Shown piece after piece: positions 49,154 to 59,535 of a stretch of DNA of 64,000 nucleotides (the stretch's first letter is position 1; each line of letters starts with the position of its first letter). A program made the translations under genes and the position numbers. The DNA lies in NCBI GenBank assembly GCA_965222075.1, contig OZ244937.1, positions 896,001-960,000 of the forward strand, given 5' to 3'. The DNA comes from Candidatus Latescibacterota bacterium (GTDB lineage: Bacteria > Latescibacterota > UBA2968 > GCA-2709665). The notes beneath the pieces were generated by a model. The model was not told where the DNA came from. It ran no database searches and was given only the letters and a program-made list of their open reading frames with translations.

Positions 49154-50638
49154 TTACTTTGTCAATTCTGTCTGAATGGCCTTTTTGATCTCCCTGAGGC
49201 GTGTGCCTTCAGGGGATCTTTTGTAAAAAGCATCCAGAGGAAAACACCCGGAGATGAGGCCGTTGCGGGGGGCAGTGGTGCAGTCGCTGAAGGTCCGGCA
49301 GACCTTGCGGGTGTTGAGGGTGCCCTTTGTGAGCACATCGTGCGGGAGGTCGGGATAAGAGAGGACCATCCGGCCAAGGCCGATGAAGTCGGCTTTGCCG
49401 TCGCGGACAATCTGCTGGGCCACGTGGGGAAGGTAGTCCTGCAGGTAGGAGTAAGCCGATCCGACAGTGAGAAAATCGGGATACCGTTTTTTGATTCGGC
49501 TCACAATCTCAATCTGCCGTGCAACGCCTACTAAGGGGTCCTCGGGAGGCTGATAGCCGTCGGAGGGGGGATAGTAGGCGGGTCGCTGGATGTGGGGGGT
49601 GTAGTAGGGGCTGCCGGCCGAGAGGTTGAGCAGGCGGATGTTGAGGTCCTGGAGGAGGTCTAAGAACCGGAAGGTCTCGGTGAGATCCGGACGGGTGGGC
49701 TGGGTCTGGTCCACGCCAAAGGCGTAGCGATAAGGAAGGCAGCCGGTGTGATCGTCCGGAATACCGGGGCCGAGCTTTCGGCCTTCGGACCTGGCGGGGT
49801 CGGGTCTGAAGGAGACAAAATCGAAGGCGCTGAGGCGGACGCCGATGAGGAGGCCCGGGGCGGTGGCGCGGATGCCTTCGACAATTTCGCGCAGAAAGCG
49901 CGTCCGGTTTTCAAAAGGCCCCCCATAGGGTCCTGGGCGGGTGGTGGCGCTGAGGAATTCGTGGCCCAGATAGCCGTGGCAGTGCTTGACGTCGACAAAG
50001 TGGTAGCCCAGTTCACAGGCCATCCGGGCGGCCCTGTGGTAGTCTTCAACGATGCTTCGAATTTCGCCGTCGGTCAGGACGGGGAGTGCGGGATCGATGT
50101 TGAATTTGCGGTCCAGGATGGGGTGGTGATAGACGATCTTCGGCTCCATCCTGATTTTGTCGTTGGGGCGGCAGAAACGGCCGGAGTGCGTAAGCTGCAG
50201 GCCTATGAAGAGGTCGTCCGCTGCGCCTGCGTGTTCTTTGTGCGCTTTGAGGAGTTCTTCACGCAATCGCCCCAGGCCGCTTCGGGTATGGTCTGCCGCG
50301 TAGAGCTGGTTGGGGTTGGCGCGGCCCTCAGGGCGCACCGCAATCGCCTCTCCACCCCAGATTAGCCGGGCGCCGCTTTTGCCAAAATTGCGCCATCGCC
50401 GGAAGACGTGTTCCGATGGATTGCCGTCGGTCTCTCCGTCCCAGCCTTCCATAGGCTGGATTGCAAAGCGGTTGCCGATGGTGAATGCTCCAAACCGGTA
50501 GGGCCGGGCCAGGGGGGAGTCGGGGGCGGTCAGGATCGCGTCGTCGCAGGGCAGGTCGATACCGAGGGTCTTGACGTGGGCCCGAAAGTCGTCTACGGTT
50601 TTGAGGTGTCCGATGCGGGCGATGGGGTCTGGGGGCAT
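49154..50638 (-). CDS. NADH:flavin oxidoreductase (OYE-like)
   Basis: [42 protein letters not shown]. Confidence 0.88.
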   Translation of the reverse strand: MPPDPIARIGHLKTVDDFRAHVKTLGIDLPCDDAILTAPDSPLARPYRFGAFTIGNRFAIQPMEGWDGETDGNPSEHVFRRWRNFGKSGARLIWGGEAIAVRPEGRANPNQLYAADHTRSGLGRLREELLKAHKEHAGAADDLFIGLQLTHSGRFCRPNDKIRMEPKIVYHHPILDRKFNIDPALPVLTDGEIRSIVEDYHRAARMACELGYHFVDVKHCHGYLGHEFLSATTRPGPYGGPFENRTRFLREIVEGIRATAPGLLIGVRLSAFDFVSFRPDPARSEGRKLGPGIPDDHTGCLPYRYAFGVDQTQPTRPDLTETFRFLDLLQDLNIRLLNLSAGSPYYTPHIQRPAYYPPSDGYQPPEDPLVGVARQIEIVSRIKKRYPDFLTVGSAYSYLQDYLPHVAQQIVRDGKADFIGLGRMVLSYPDLPHDVLTKGTLNTRKVCRTFSDCTTAPRNGLISGCFPLDAFYKRSPEGTRLREIKKAIQTELTK

Positions 50639-50803
50639 GGGGGCTCCGTTGGGGCTGACAAGTGCATGCGTGTGGGAAAATGATATCAATGCACGCCGCA
50701 CTTGTTTTTTATTTGCCGATTTTCCGTTTTGGGTTGTTATTGGATGTTGAATATACCAAACGGCCGGGTGTTGCGCAATTTCCCGTTGTCGAGGAGAGGT
50801 GTT

Positions 50804-52723
50804 ATGCAGAAGGCGGAAGGGTCGAAGGTTTGGGATTCCAGGGCGTCTTTTTTTCGCTGTACGGGGAAGGGGATTTCGGTGCGAGAGGCGGGCGTGCAGC
50901 TCCAGCGGGGGGTGACGGTGGCCGACGAGATGGGGCGAAACGCCCGCTGGGATCAGGAGAGGGTGGTGGGGCTGCGCCAGGCGAAGAAGATCTTTGTGCT
51001 TCCGGCGCTGGGCGCCAGGCGGGCGCTGCTGTGTCCCTACCTGGCCTGCGACCGGGAGGGCGGCGAACTGGACGTTTTGGTGAACGGGCAGCCGATCCGT
51101 GTGCGCCCGGACAAGGACCGTTCCTACTGGCAGGACCGCTGGACACCGGTGGAAGTGCCGGTCGCATATTTGAACGAGGGCGAGAACGAGGTCATTTTCA
51201 AGGCCGTGGGGGATGCGCAGTGGACGCTGCTGATCGAGAACGGGCGCTGGCCCGACCGGAGTGAGGTGAGCGAAGACGGGGGGCAGACGTGGCGTTCCGA
51301 GGATCTGGGCGAGAACAACCGGGCGGACGGAGAGTATATGGTGCGGCTCTGGCTGGACCAGTACGTCGCGTCGGGAGAGGTTGGCTCAGAGCCGATCGAT
51401 CTGCCTGGCCTGGCGACGGAGGGGGAGGTCGCACCCTGTGGAAGGGTGGAGTCGGTGCGGTTTGAAGCGGAGGGGAAGACGACCGGGGGGACGGCGTTGA
51501 CGCTGGAATGGCGCGCGGGATCAACACCGGCCTACGACCCGGAGCGCTGGTCGGCCTGGCGGGCGGTGGACTCAGAGGTTGTACCTGACGAGGACGTGCG
51601 GTTTGCCCAATGGCGCGCACTGCTGTATTCTGAGGCGCCGGACCGGACGCCCGTGTTGAAGCGGGTGCAGGTGGCTGTACAGGTGGAAGTCGCCCGGACG
51701 GTAGCGGCGCGTGTGGTGGCAAGCGACAACGCCGACCTGGTGAGGAGTTCGTACCGGTTTGCTTATCTGCCGGCGGATGCCCAGCGGGGGAAACGCCTGC
51801 GGGATCGGTGGAGATTGGACGAGGTCGTACGCGGCGCCAGGTCGGAATTCGACGTGTTTCTCCATCTGCGGCAATGGGTGCGGGAGCAGTGGGAGGATGG
51901 GTGGGATATGGGAGAGATCGATTTTTGCCCCCCCTGGGACGCTATGGTCATCCTGGAGCTGGCCAGCCGAAAGCTGAGCCTGGGCATGTGCACGCATTAC
52001 GCGACGGTGATGTCGCACTGCAGCGCGGCCCTCGGGCTGGTCGCCCGGACGCAGATTATGCGGGCGCACTGCATCAACGAGGTCTGGTCGAGCGAATACG
52101 GGAAGTGGGTTGCAATGGATGTGGGCGGAGACTCGAACGACGAGACGAAGTTTGCTTACCATTTTGAGCGCAACGAGGTGCCGTTGAGCGCCTTAGAGGC
52201 GCACCGGGCGTGGGTGGAAAAGGACTACGACGATGTGGTGATCGTGCCCCAGCCGCCGCCGGCGACCGGGGATCGGTTCGAGGTGGCCAAACGGCTCCAG
52301 CTCTTCGAGCGGTTTATGATTTCGCTGCGCAACGACGAGATGGTCACCATGGCGCCGGGGGAGCCGGAGCACGGGAAGGTCTCCTACCAGTACGACGGCT
52401 ACCTTTTCTGGCAGGACGGTGAGACCGAACCGCTGCCCTGGTTTTCGAAACACACGGACCGGATCGGAGACCTCTACTGGACGGTGAACCGGGCGAAGGT
52501 CCACCTGCGGCAGGGGACGCAGCCGGGGGTTCTGGAGGTCGTACTGGATACGGAGACACCGAATCTGAAGGGGTTTGAGGCGCGGGTGGACGGGGGAGAC
52601 TGGGAAGAGCGGGAGGCGCGCTTTGGCTGGACGCTGAAGGCGGGGAAGAACCGGCTGGAGGCACGCCCGGTGAACGCCTTTGACAGAAAGGGAGCGGTGA
52701 GTTGGGTGGAGATACGGTATTGA
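50804..52723 (+). CDS. Transglutaminase-like domain protein
   Basis: GMCTHYA (Cys), HCINEVWS...WVAMD (His, Asp) triad pattern. Confidence 0.7.
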   Translation: MQKAEGSKVWDSRASFFRCTGKGISVREAGVQLQRGVTVADEMGRNARWDQERVVGLRQAKKIFVLPALGARRALLCPYLACDREGGELDVLVNGQPIRVRPDKDRSYWQDRWTPVEVPVAYLNEGENEVIFKAVGDAQWTLLIENGRWPDRSEVSEDGGQTWRSEDLGENNRADGEYMVRLWLDQYVASGEVGSEPIDLPGLATEGEVAPCGRVESVRFEAEGKTTGGTALTLEWRAGSTPAYDPERWSAWRAVDSEVVPDEDVRFAQWRALLYSEAPDRTPVLKRVQVAVQVEVARTVAARVVASDNADLVRSSYRFAYLPADAQRGKRLRDRWRLDEVVRGARSEFDVFLHLRQWVREQWEDGWDMGEIDFCPPWDAMVILELASRKLSLGMCTHYATVMSHCSAALGLVARTQIMRAHCINEVWSSEYGKWVAMDVGGDSNDETKFAYHFERNEVPLSALEAHRAWVEKDYDDVVIVPQPPPATGDRFEVAKRLQLFERFMISLRNDEMVTMAPGEPEHGKVSYQYDGYLFWQDGETEPLPWFSKHTDRIGDLYWTVNRAKVHLRQGTQPGVLEVVLDTETPNLKGFEARVDGGDWEEREARFGWTLKAGKNRLEARPVNAFDRKGAVSWVEIRY

Positions 52724-52752
52724 AGGAGTAAGGATTGCGGCATGCAGATTGA

Positions 52753-53694
52753 ATGAAAAGAGGGTCTATGGACAGGATATCGATTGAGACGTACGGCACC
52801 AGCATGGTGCGGCCCGATGACTTCGACGCGTTCTGGGACGATGTGCTGACGCAGGCGGACCGGATTCCGCTGAACGCTTCGGTTGAGCGGGTGGCGCTGC
52901 GTTCGACGCCTGAGGTGGACGTGTACGAGGTGCATTACGACAGTTTGGACGGGGTGCGCATCGCGGGGTGGTACTGCCTGCCGGTGGACCGGCAGGGAAA
53001 GCTGCCGGCGATTTTGCAGGTGCCGGGTTACATCGGCGAGCCTGCGCTGCCCAGGGGGCGGACCAGGGCGGGCTATGCGGCCTTCGGCGCGGCGCCAAGA
53101 GGGAAGCTGCGGAGCAACGCGCAGTTCAATCCGGGTTATCCGGGTCTGCTGGCGCACAATATCGTGGACCGGAATACCTATTCCTACCGGGGCTTCTACA
53201 TCGACGCGGTGCGGGCGTTCGATTTCCTGCAAAGCCGCGAGGAGGTCGATCCGGATCGGATCGGTGTGACGGGCAGCAGCCAGGGTGGGGGGCTGACGCT
53301 GGTGGTGGCGGGGCTGCGCCGGGGCGTTCGGGCTGCGGCGGCCGGAGCGCCTTATCTGTGCGGGTTTATGGATGCGATCGAACTGACGCACACCTATCCC
53401 TACCAGGAAATCCGGGACTACCTGCGGCTCTATCCGGATCGGGAGGCGGCCGTGCGCGAGACCCTGTCCTATTTCGATGGGATCCATTTCGGGCTGCGTA
53501 TTACCTGCCCGATCATTGTCAATATCGGGCTGCAGGACAATGTGTGCCCGCCGGAGACGGGGTTTGCGGCATTCAATACCATCGCTTCGGAAGACAAGAC
53601 GCTCTATCCCTACGATGGACACGGGCACGATGCGGGGCGCGCGGAGCACAGCGCAATTATTGAGACATTTTTTAAAAAGCATCTGAATCCTTGA
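52753..53694 (+). CDS. Acetylxylan esterase/cephalosporin-C deacetylase (CE7/AXE1)
   Basis: RPDDFDAFW, GSSQGG nucleophile, GLQDNVCPP, GHGH. Confidence 0.9.
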   Translation: MKRGSMDRISIETYGTSMVRPDDFDAFWDDVLTQADRIPLNASVERVALRSTPEVDVYEVHYDSLDGVRIAGWYCLPVDRQGKLPAILQVPGYIGEPALPRGRTRAGYAAFGAAPRGKLRSNAQFNPGYPGLLAHNIVDRNTYSYRGFYIDAVRAFDFLQSREEVDPDRIGVTGSSQGGGLTLVVAGLRRGVRAAAAGAPYLCGFMDAIELTHTYPYQEIRDYLRLYPDREAAVRETLSYFDGIHFGLRITCPIIVNIGLQDNVCPPETGFAAFNTIASEDKTLYPYDGHGHDAGRAEHSAIIETFFKKHLNP

Positions 53695-53707
53695 CCTGGA
53701 GCAGAAG

Positions 53708-54613
53708 ATGGCGAATGTATTTCAACCCACAACCGTGCGTCCGGACGATTTCGACGCCTATTGGGAGCGGGTGCTTTGGGAATTGGACGGGACGCCGGTT
53801 GCCGCTGAAGAGGAGGAGAACCCGCTCCGTTCAACGGAATTCTGTACAGCCTATCAGGTGCGCCTGACCAGCATCGGCCCCTACCGGATCTTCGGACACC
53901 TGAGCATCCCGAACGGAGAGGGACCGTTTCCGGTTCTGATTTTTCTGGCGCGCTATCAAAGTGTGATGGATGTTATTCCACAGGGCGATGCCAACGAGAA
54001 GCGGAGCCGGTTTGTGACCTTCGGACTTTCGGCGCGCGGACAGCGCAATGCAGACAAGCCCTACGCGGCCGCATATCCGGGGGTCTTTACGGACGGGATC
54101 GAGGATACCGAATCTTATGTGTTTCGAGGTGTTGTGGCGGACTGTTGCCGGGCGGTGGATTACGTGCTTTCCCGCTCGGAAGTGGACCGCAGCCGGGTTG
54201 CGGGCATAGGCATAAACGAAATGCCGCTACTGACGGCTGCGCTGCGGTCGGGGTTGACGCACGCGATTGCCTCGCCTTCGTTCTTTTACGCAACGATGGA
54301 CCGGGCGGCGAGGACGGAGGGCTATCCCCTTGAAGAAGTCAATGATTACCTGCGGCTCTACCCCGACCGCCGGGAGGCCGTGGCCCAAACGGTGGCCTAT
54401 TTCGATCCGCTGTTTTTCGCGCCTTCTGTGCGTATTCCAACGCTGATGTGGTCCGGCGCATCGCTTGCAGCGCCTCTGGTGGGGGCGATGGGTGGAGAGG
54501 TGGAGGTCAAGGAGAGCGAAGGTTCGAGGTACAAAGACGGGGTTTACCAGGAGGAGTGGGTGGCGCGGCAGTTCGGATTTGAGGGTGCAATTCTGCCCGC
54601 GCACTGGCAGTGA
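53708..54613 (+). CDS. CE7/AXE1 paralogue lacking the catalytic triad
   Basis: RPDDFDAYW, ARGQ, YPLEEVNDYLR and YFD are kept; GxSQGG is replaced by GIGINEM. Confidence 0.75.
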   Translation: MANVFQPTTVRPDDFDAYWERVLWELDGTPVAAEEEENPLRSTEFCTAYQVRLTSIGPYRIFGHLSIPNGEGPFPVLIFLARYQSVMDVIPQGDANEKRSRFVTFGLSARGQRNADKPYAAAYPGVFTDGIEDTESYVFRGVVADCCRAVDYVLSRSEVDRSRVAGIGINEMPLLTAALRSGLTHAIASPSFFYATMDRAARTEGYPLEEVNDYLRLYPDRREAVAQTVAYFDPLFFAPSVRIPTLMWSGASLAAPLVGAMGGEVEVKESEGSRYKDGVYQEEWVARQFGFEGAILPAHWQ

Positions 54614-54655
54614 GAGAGATATTTTGTAGGGGCCGCAGGGGATTAAGGAGGATCG

Positions 54656-55651
54656 ATGTCTGATTGCGGAGGGGAGAAGCAGATGCCTGACCGAGAACGC
54701 GTCGAGATTGTGGTGCCGGGTGATGATCCGTTGATGATTGACGGTTCGCCTCATCTGGAGCGGCTGGAGCCTTACGGGGATGTGGTGCTCCACCGGGACC
54801 GTCCGAAGTCCGTGGCAGAGAAGGTCGAGCGGGCAAAGAATGCTGATATTTTGATGAATACCCGGGGGGCGGTGACATGGGGGTATGAGGAGTTCGAGCA
54901 GCTTCCGAAGCTGCGGATGATTACGAGCTGTTCTATCGGGACCGATATGTTCGATCTGGAGGCCGCCGGAGCGCGCGGGATTGTGATCTGCAACCAGCCG
55001 GGGCGGACCGCATCGGTGGTAGCTGAACATATGTTCGGGCTGATGTTCGCCGCGGCCAGGCGGGCGGCCTATTTAACCGCCGAGATGAAGGCGGGACGCT
55101 GGCCCCGGATTGACATTATCATGTTGCAGAAGAAGGTGCTGGGTATTGTGGGCGCGGGGAACATCGCCGCGGAAATGGCGCGGCTGGGCCGGGCGGTCGG
55201 GATGGAGGTGATCGCGTGGACCTACAACCCGTCTCCCCAACGGGCCGAGGCGCTGGGGGTGCGTTTTGTGGCGTTGGACGAGCTTCTGCAGACGGCCGAC
55301 GTGGTGAGCATCCATGTGCGGTTGACCGGGGAGAGCCGGGGGCTGATCGGTAAGCGCGAGTTCGGGCTGATGAAGCAGGGAGCGCTTTTGCTCAACGGAG
55401 CAAGGGGGCCGATCGTGGATTCGGGTGCTCTGGTTGAGGCCCTGAATTCGGGACATTTAGGCGGGGCCGGGATCGATGTGTACGACGAGGAACCCATACC
55501 GACAGACCATCCACTCCTTTCCTGCGAACAGGTGGTGCTCACACCCCACTGCGCGGATATGACGCCGGAAGGGGTGGACCTGCTGAACGGTGGGGCGGTG
55601 GACAATGTGATCGCGTTTCTGGAAGGAAGACCGCAGCATGTGGTGACCTGA
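54656..55651 (+). CDS. D-isomer-specific 2-hydroxyacid dehydrogenase
   Basis: VAEH, GIVGAGNI, NGARGPIVD, GIDVYDEEP, LTPH. Confidence 0.9.
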   Translation: MSDCGGEKQMPDRERVEIVVPGDDPLMIDGSPHLERLEPYGDVVLHRDRPKSVAEKVERAKNADILMNTRGAVTWGYEEFEQLPKLRMITSCSIGTDMFDLEAAGARGIVICNQPGRTASVVAEHMFGLMFAAARRAAYLTAEMKAGRWPRIDIIMLQKKVLGIVGAGNIAAEMARLGRAVGMEVIAWTYNPSPQRAEALGVRFVALDELLQTADVVSIHVRLTGESRGLIGKREFGLMKQGALLLNGARGPIVDSGALVEALNSGHLGGAGIDVYDEEPIPTDHPLLSCEQVVLTPHCADMTPEGVDLLNGGAVDNVIAFLEGRPQHVVT

Positions 55652-55659
55652 CCAGGAGG

Positions 55660-58161
55660 TTGCTTATGGATGCGTACGAACCGTTGGATCTGTCTGCGTT
55701 TTGCAACGCAGGGCTGGAGGCGCTGGGTGGGGCTGGGGAGACGCCGGTGGGCGCGCAGTCGTTTCAGGGGCTGCCGTTCCGGATCGGCACGGCCGACGGG
55801 GCGGGTGAGCGCTGTTTTGTGGGGTTTGGAGAGGGGTTGCGGGGAGAGGCTTTGAAAATTCCGATCGGGAAGGGGGCGCGGCAGGTGATTGTGGCGCACC
55901 GGCTGCTGGAATCGAAGCTCTTGGAAGGCGGTCCGATCGGGTTGCCGGTGGCTGACTACATCTTTCACCTGGAAGGAAGGGAGACGGTTCGGGTGCCGAT
56001 CCGGGAGCGGTTCGAGATTTCTACCGTGCCGGATGCAGGGGGGGCGCCTTTTGTGGCTTTTCCGGAACGGACGGACAGCCTGCAACCCCGCTGGGAGGGC
56101 CCCTGGGATGCTGCGGGCCGGCGGCAGACGGAATCGAACCGGGGCGGGTCACGGGGGTATGTGCTCTGGGCGTGGGAGAATCCGCAGCCGGACCGGCAGG
56201 TTGAGGCGCTGGAGGTGGTCCCGGCAGGGCCCGGGTTCCTGATCGGGGCGATCACGCTGGGATATGCGGACGAGTACCCCTTCTCCCGGGAGGCGCCCCG
56301 GCCGGTGGTGATTACCCTGCCGCAGGAGAGGGACGCGGAAAAGCGGTTCGACCTTGAGGTCGAGGTGGACCGGGGGATCGCCACCTACCCCTACCCGCTG
56401 CCGGAGCAGCCGGAGGCGTTCCTGGAAGATGCCCGGAAGGGATGGGGAGAGCCGCAGAATTCGAAGAACAGCCCGGCCTGCGTGGAGGTGGCTGCGGTGC
56501 CGTCGGCGACGGTGACCGTGAAAGGGGGGGGCGAGGCGCTGGGGAAGGTGAACTGGGGAGCGTTGGAGGAGAAGGGCAAGGTGGAGACGTCCAGGCTGCG
56601 GGTTTCGGTGGTGAAAGGGGGGCGCAACTGGGTGCATACGCGGGTGGTGGACGACGAGACGGGAAGGCCGGTGCCCTGCCGGGTGCACTTCCGCTCGCCC
56701 GAGGGGATTCCTTATGCGCCGCACGGGCACCACGCGCATGTCAACTCCAACATGGGGACCTGGCATATCGATGTGGGCGGGGATGTGCGGCTGGGACAGA
56801 TTTCGTACGCGTACATCGACGGGACGTGCCAGGGGTGGCTGCCCCGGGGAGAGGTGATGGTGGACGTTGCCCGGGGCTATGAGTACGAGCCGCTGCGCGC
56901 AAAGGTGGAGGTCAAACCCGGGCAGCGGGAGCTGGAGCTCAGGTTGAAGCGGTGGTGTCATATGAACCGGGACCGCTGGTTCAGTGGGGATTCGCACGTT
57001 CACTTCCTGTCCACGCAGGGCAGCCACACAGAGGCGCAGGGGGAGGACCTGAACGTGGTGAACCTGCTGCCGTCACAGTGGGGCAGCCTGTTTACGAACA
57101 CCGAGGAGTTTACGGGGCGGGCGAGTGTGTCGCCCGACGGGAACAGCATTGTTTATGTGGGGTCGGAGAACCGGCAGCACTTTTTGGGGCACCTGATCCT
57201 GCTGGGGCTGAAGGAGACGGTGATGCCCTGGTGCTCCGACGGACCGGGCGAGGCGGAGTTGGGGGGAACGCTGGAGGTGACGATGTCGGACTGGGCGGAT
57301 CGGTGCCACGCGCAGGGGGGGACGGTGATCATCCCGCACCTGCCCAACCCGAATGGGGAGCCGGCCACGCTGATTGCCACGGGGCGCGCGGATGCGGTGG
57401 AGATGCTCAGGCACGGGACGTATAACCATCTGGAGTACTACCGCTATCTGAACTGCGGGTACAGGCTGCCGCTGGTGGGCGGCACGGATAAGATGAGCAG
57501 CGACGTTCCGGTGGGGATCTACAGAACGTACGTCCACATCCCGGCGGATGAGCCGTTTACTTATGAGAGCTGGTGCAGGAATCTGACCGCCGGGCGGACA
57601 TTCCACAGCGGCGGGCCGATCGTCCGCTTTACCGTGGACGGTCACCAGATCGGAGATACGATCAATCTGCCGGGCAATGGAGGGACGGTGGAGGTCACCG
57701 CCGAGGCGGAGTCGATCCTGCCGATCCATACGCTGGAGGTGGTGCAGGAGGGCCGCGTGGTGGCCTCGGCGGATGAGCCGAAGGGGACGCGGAAGTTAAG
57801 CCTGAAGGCAAAGGTGAAGGTGGAGGGGCACTCCTGGCTGGCCGCCCGATGCGGGGGGCCGGGCTATACGGCAGTGCCGCACTTAGACGGCTGGGGACGG
57901 GGCCTGATGGCGCATACGTCTCCGATCTATGTCGCCTGCGGCGGAGCGTGGTGGATGTTCAACCAGGAGGCGGCGCAGTATATGCTCACGCTGGTGGAGG
58001 GCTGCATTTCCTACATCCGGCAGACGAGCCGCCAGGACCGGCCGGGAGAGGTCACGCACCACCACGGGGAGGAGGACCACCTGGCCTATCTGGAGAGGCC
58101 GTTTGCAGAGGCCCGGGCGGCGATCCACAAACGGATGCACCAGCTGGGTATTCCACACTGA
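55660..58161 (+). CDS. CehA/McbA-family PHP-fold metallohydrolase
   Basis: SGDSHVHF, ENRQHFLGH, IPH, GGTD, AHTSPIYV. Confidence 0.75.
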   Translation: MLMDAYEPLDLSAFCNAGLEALGGAGETPVGAQSFQGLPFRIGTADGAGERCFVGFGEGLRGEALKIPIGKGARQVIVAHRLLESKLLEGGPIGLPVADYIFHLEGRETVRVPIRERFEISTVPDAGGAPFVAFPERTDSLQPRWEGPWDAAGRRQTESNRGGSRGYVLWAWENPQPDRQVEALEVVPAGPGFLIGAITLGYADEYPFSREAPRPVVITLPQERDAEKRFDLEVEVDRGIATYPYPLPEQPEAFLEDARKGWGEPQNSKNSPACVEVAAVPSATVTVKGGGEALGKVNWGALEEKGKVETSRLRVSVVKGGRNWVHTRVVDDETGRPVPCRVHFRSPEGIPYAPHGHHAHVNSNMGTWHIDVGGDVRLGQISYAYIDGTCQGWLPRGEVMVDVARGYEYEPLRAKVEVKPGQRELELRLKRWCHMNRDRWFSGDSHVHFLSTQGSHTEAQGEDLNVVNLLPSQWGSLFTNTEEFTGRASVSPDGNSIVYVGSENRQHFLGHLILLGLKETVMPWCSDGPGEAELGGTLEVTMSDWADRCHAQGGTVIIPHLPNPNGEPATLIATGRADAVEMLRHGTYNHLEYYRYLNCGYRLPLVGGTDKMSSDVPVGIYRTYVHIPADEPFTYESWCRNLTAGRTFHSGGPIVRFTVDGHQIGDTINLPGNGGTVEVTAEAESILPIHTLEVVQEGRVVASADEPKGTRKLSLKAKVKVEGHSWLAARCGGPGYTAVPHLDGWGRGLMAHTSPIYVACGGAWWMFNQEAAQYMLTLVEGCISYIRQTSRQDRPGEVTHHHGEEDHLAYLERPFAEARAAIHKRMHQLGIPH

Positions 58162-58219
58162 GAGAATTGATTCAAAGCGCATTGGAGATCTAACTCCCCC
58201 CGCGATTCTGATCTCCCCA

Positions 58220-58262
58220 ACAGAAGGGCCTTCGGCAGTTTGTTCGCTGAGGGCCCTTCTGT
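58220..58262. terminator. Strong hairpin between convergent genes
   Basis: ACAGAAGGGCCTTCGGC...GCTGAGGGCCCTTCTGT. Confidence 0.6.
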
Positions 58263-58342
58263 GTTCGGGACGGCAGACGCATCCGGACGGCGTACTCACC
58301 CACCGGATGCTCCTGCTCAAATAGCGTCCAGCGAATGATCGC

Positions 58343-58546
58343 CTACTTCGCTTCCAATGCCTCATAAATACTCGCAAACTGCTCCAACGCCGCCTCCAGG
58401 TTTTCGGTAATCTCAGCGGCGATCACATCCGGTTTGGGAAGAGTCTCAGACGCATTGAGGCTTTCATCTCGCAGGACATTGCAGTAATTCCACAATTTTT
58501 GGACAATAGTTGATGAATCGTTTAATCCTGAGAATCCTGATGGCAT
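58343..58546 (-). pseudogene. hsdM: Type I R-M HsdM with nearly the whole interior deleted in frame
   Basis: N-terminal IVQKLWNYCNVLRD fused directly to C-terminal ESL...LPKPDVIAAEITENLEAALEQF. Confidence 0.8.
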
Positions 58547-58586
58547 TTTTGTGATTATTCTCCTGTAGTTGGATGTGATAGCAAAT

Positions 58587-58970
58587 TCATGCTATCGGCA
58601 TGATTACCAATTTACTGGCAAGAGCCAGTTTTCTTGCGATGCTCTGACGCTCGCTCTTGTCTGCTGGGAATGGCGTGATATTGGCATGTAGTTCATGAGG
58701 TTGCGTGTCTGGAATGACTTTAAGGTTATAATTATAGACTTGCTCCGCTGAAAGATCTGCCCTTGCTCTCAATGTTCTTTTTCCTTGGACGTATTCCAGC
58801 CCAATCGCCCAAACCTCGCTTTCAGTGAGTGATGAGGTACGATACACAGATATATCCTTGCTATTTGAAGGAGGAATAAACGCCCAAAATTTGACTTCCC
58901 TTTTCATGGCGGAAAATTGACTTTTGGAAAAAATAAAACGGGCGAGTTTCTCACCCGGCAGAACATCCAT
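58587..58970 (-). CDS. Hypothetical 127-aa protein, ART/RES/Tse2-like toxin candidate
   Basis: E.LAR..., AF, ISVYR, HANI pattern; AGGA RBS. Confidence 0.55.
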   Translation of the reverse strand: MDVLPGEKLARFIFSKSQFSAMKREVKFWAFIPPSNSKDISVYRTSSLTESEVWAIGLEYVQGKRTLRARADLSAEQVYNYNLKVIPDTQPHELHANITPFPADKSERQSIARKLALASKLVIMPIA

Positions 58971-58983
58971 ATCAAATCCTTAA

Positions 58984-59535
58984 TTAAAGGAGGAGGTTTA
59001 ACAACGTTAGAAAACCTCGCAACATGGCAGTATCTGATAATGCACAGACTCCTTCGACTTGACGTTTGTCATTAAAAAAAGCACCGTAGATGACATGATT
59101 ATCTCCATATAGGCCCATCGTCGCTATGCCGTTCTCTGGTCGCCACTCAAATCCAAGGCTACCATCTTCTGCCCAGCCGATGTCCGGCATGGGGACATTG
59201 CACTGAGAGAGCATCTTTAGTAAAGAATGCGCGTCATCGTATGCCGAATCCGAGATAGGATCAATTTCGTTATCCAACGCTGATGCTTCCATAGCCTCTT
59301 GGCGTATCTCCTCTAATTGTTGTTGTGCATAGTCTAGCCAAGAGAAATACTGCTCAAATGCTGAAACCCACCCAATCACATCCTTATCATCTGGCTGGTA
59401 CGCCTGAGTTTGTAGATTTTGTGGTTCCGGATAGTAAGGCCTTGATAGAGGAGCCTGGGGGTTGCTCATGAATTCTATTCCCACTTGATTCTGAAGCCCT
59501 GAGTGGTATTCGGCTTGACGACTGGGGGTGGTCAT
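58984..59535 (-). CDS. Hypothetical protein with a low-complexity N-terminus and folded C-terminal domain
   Basis: TAATG overlap with the upstream gene; P.IGWAEDGSLGFEW motif. Confidence 0.65.
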   Translation of the reverse strand: MTTPSRQAEYHSGLQNQVGIEFMSNPQAPLSRPYYPEPQNLQTQAYQPDDKDVIGWVSAFEQYFSWLDYAQQQLEEIRQEAMEASALDNEIDPISDSAYDDAHSLLKMLSQCNVPMPDIGWAEDGSLGFEWRPENGIATMGLYGDNHVIYGAFFNDKRQVEGVCALSDTAMLRGFLTLLNLLL

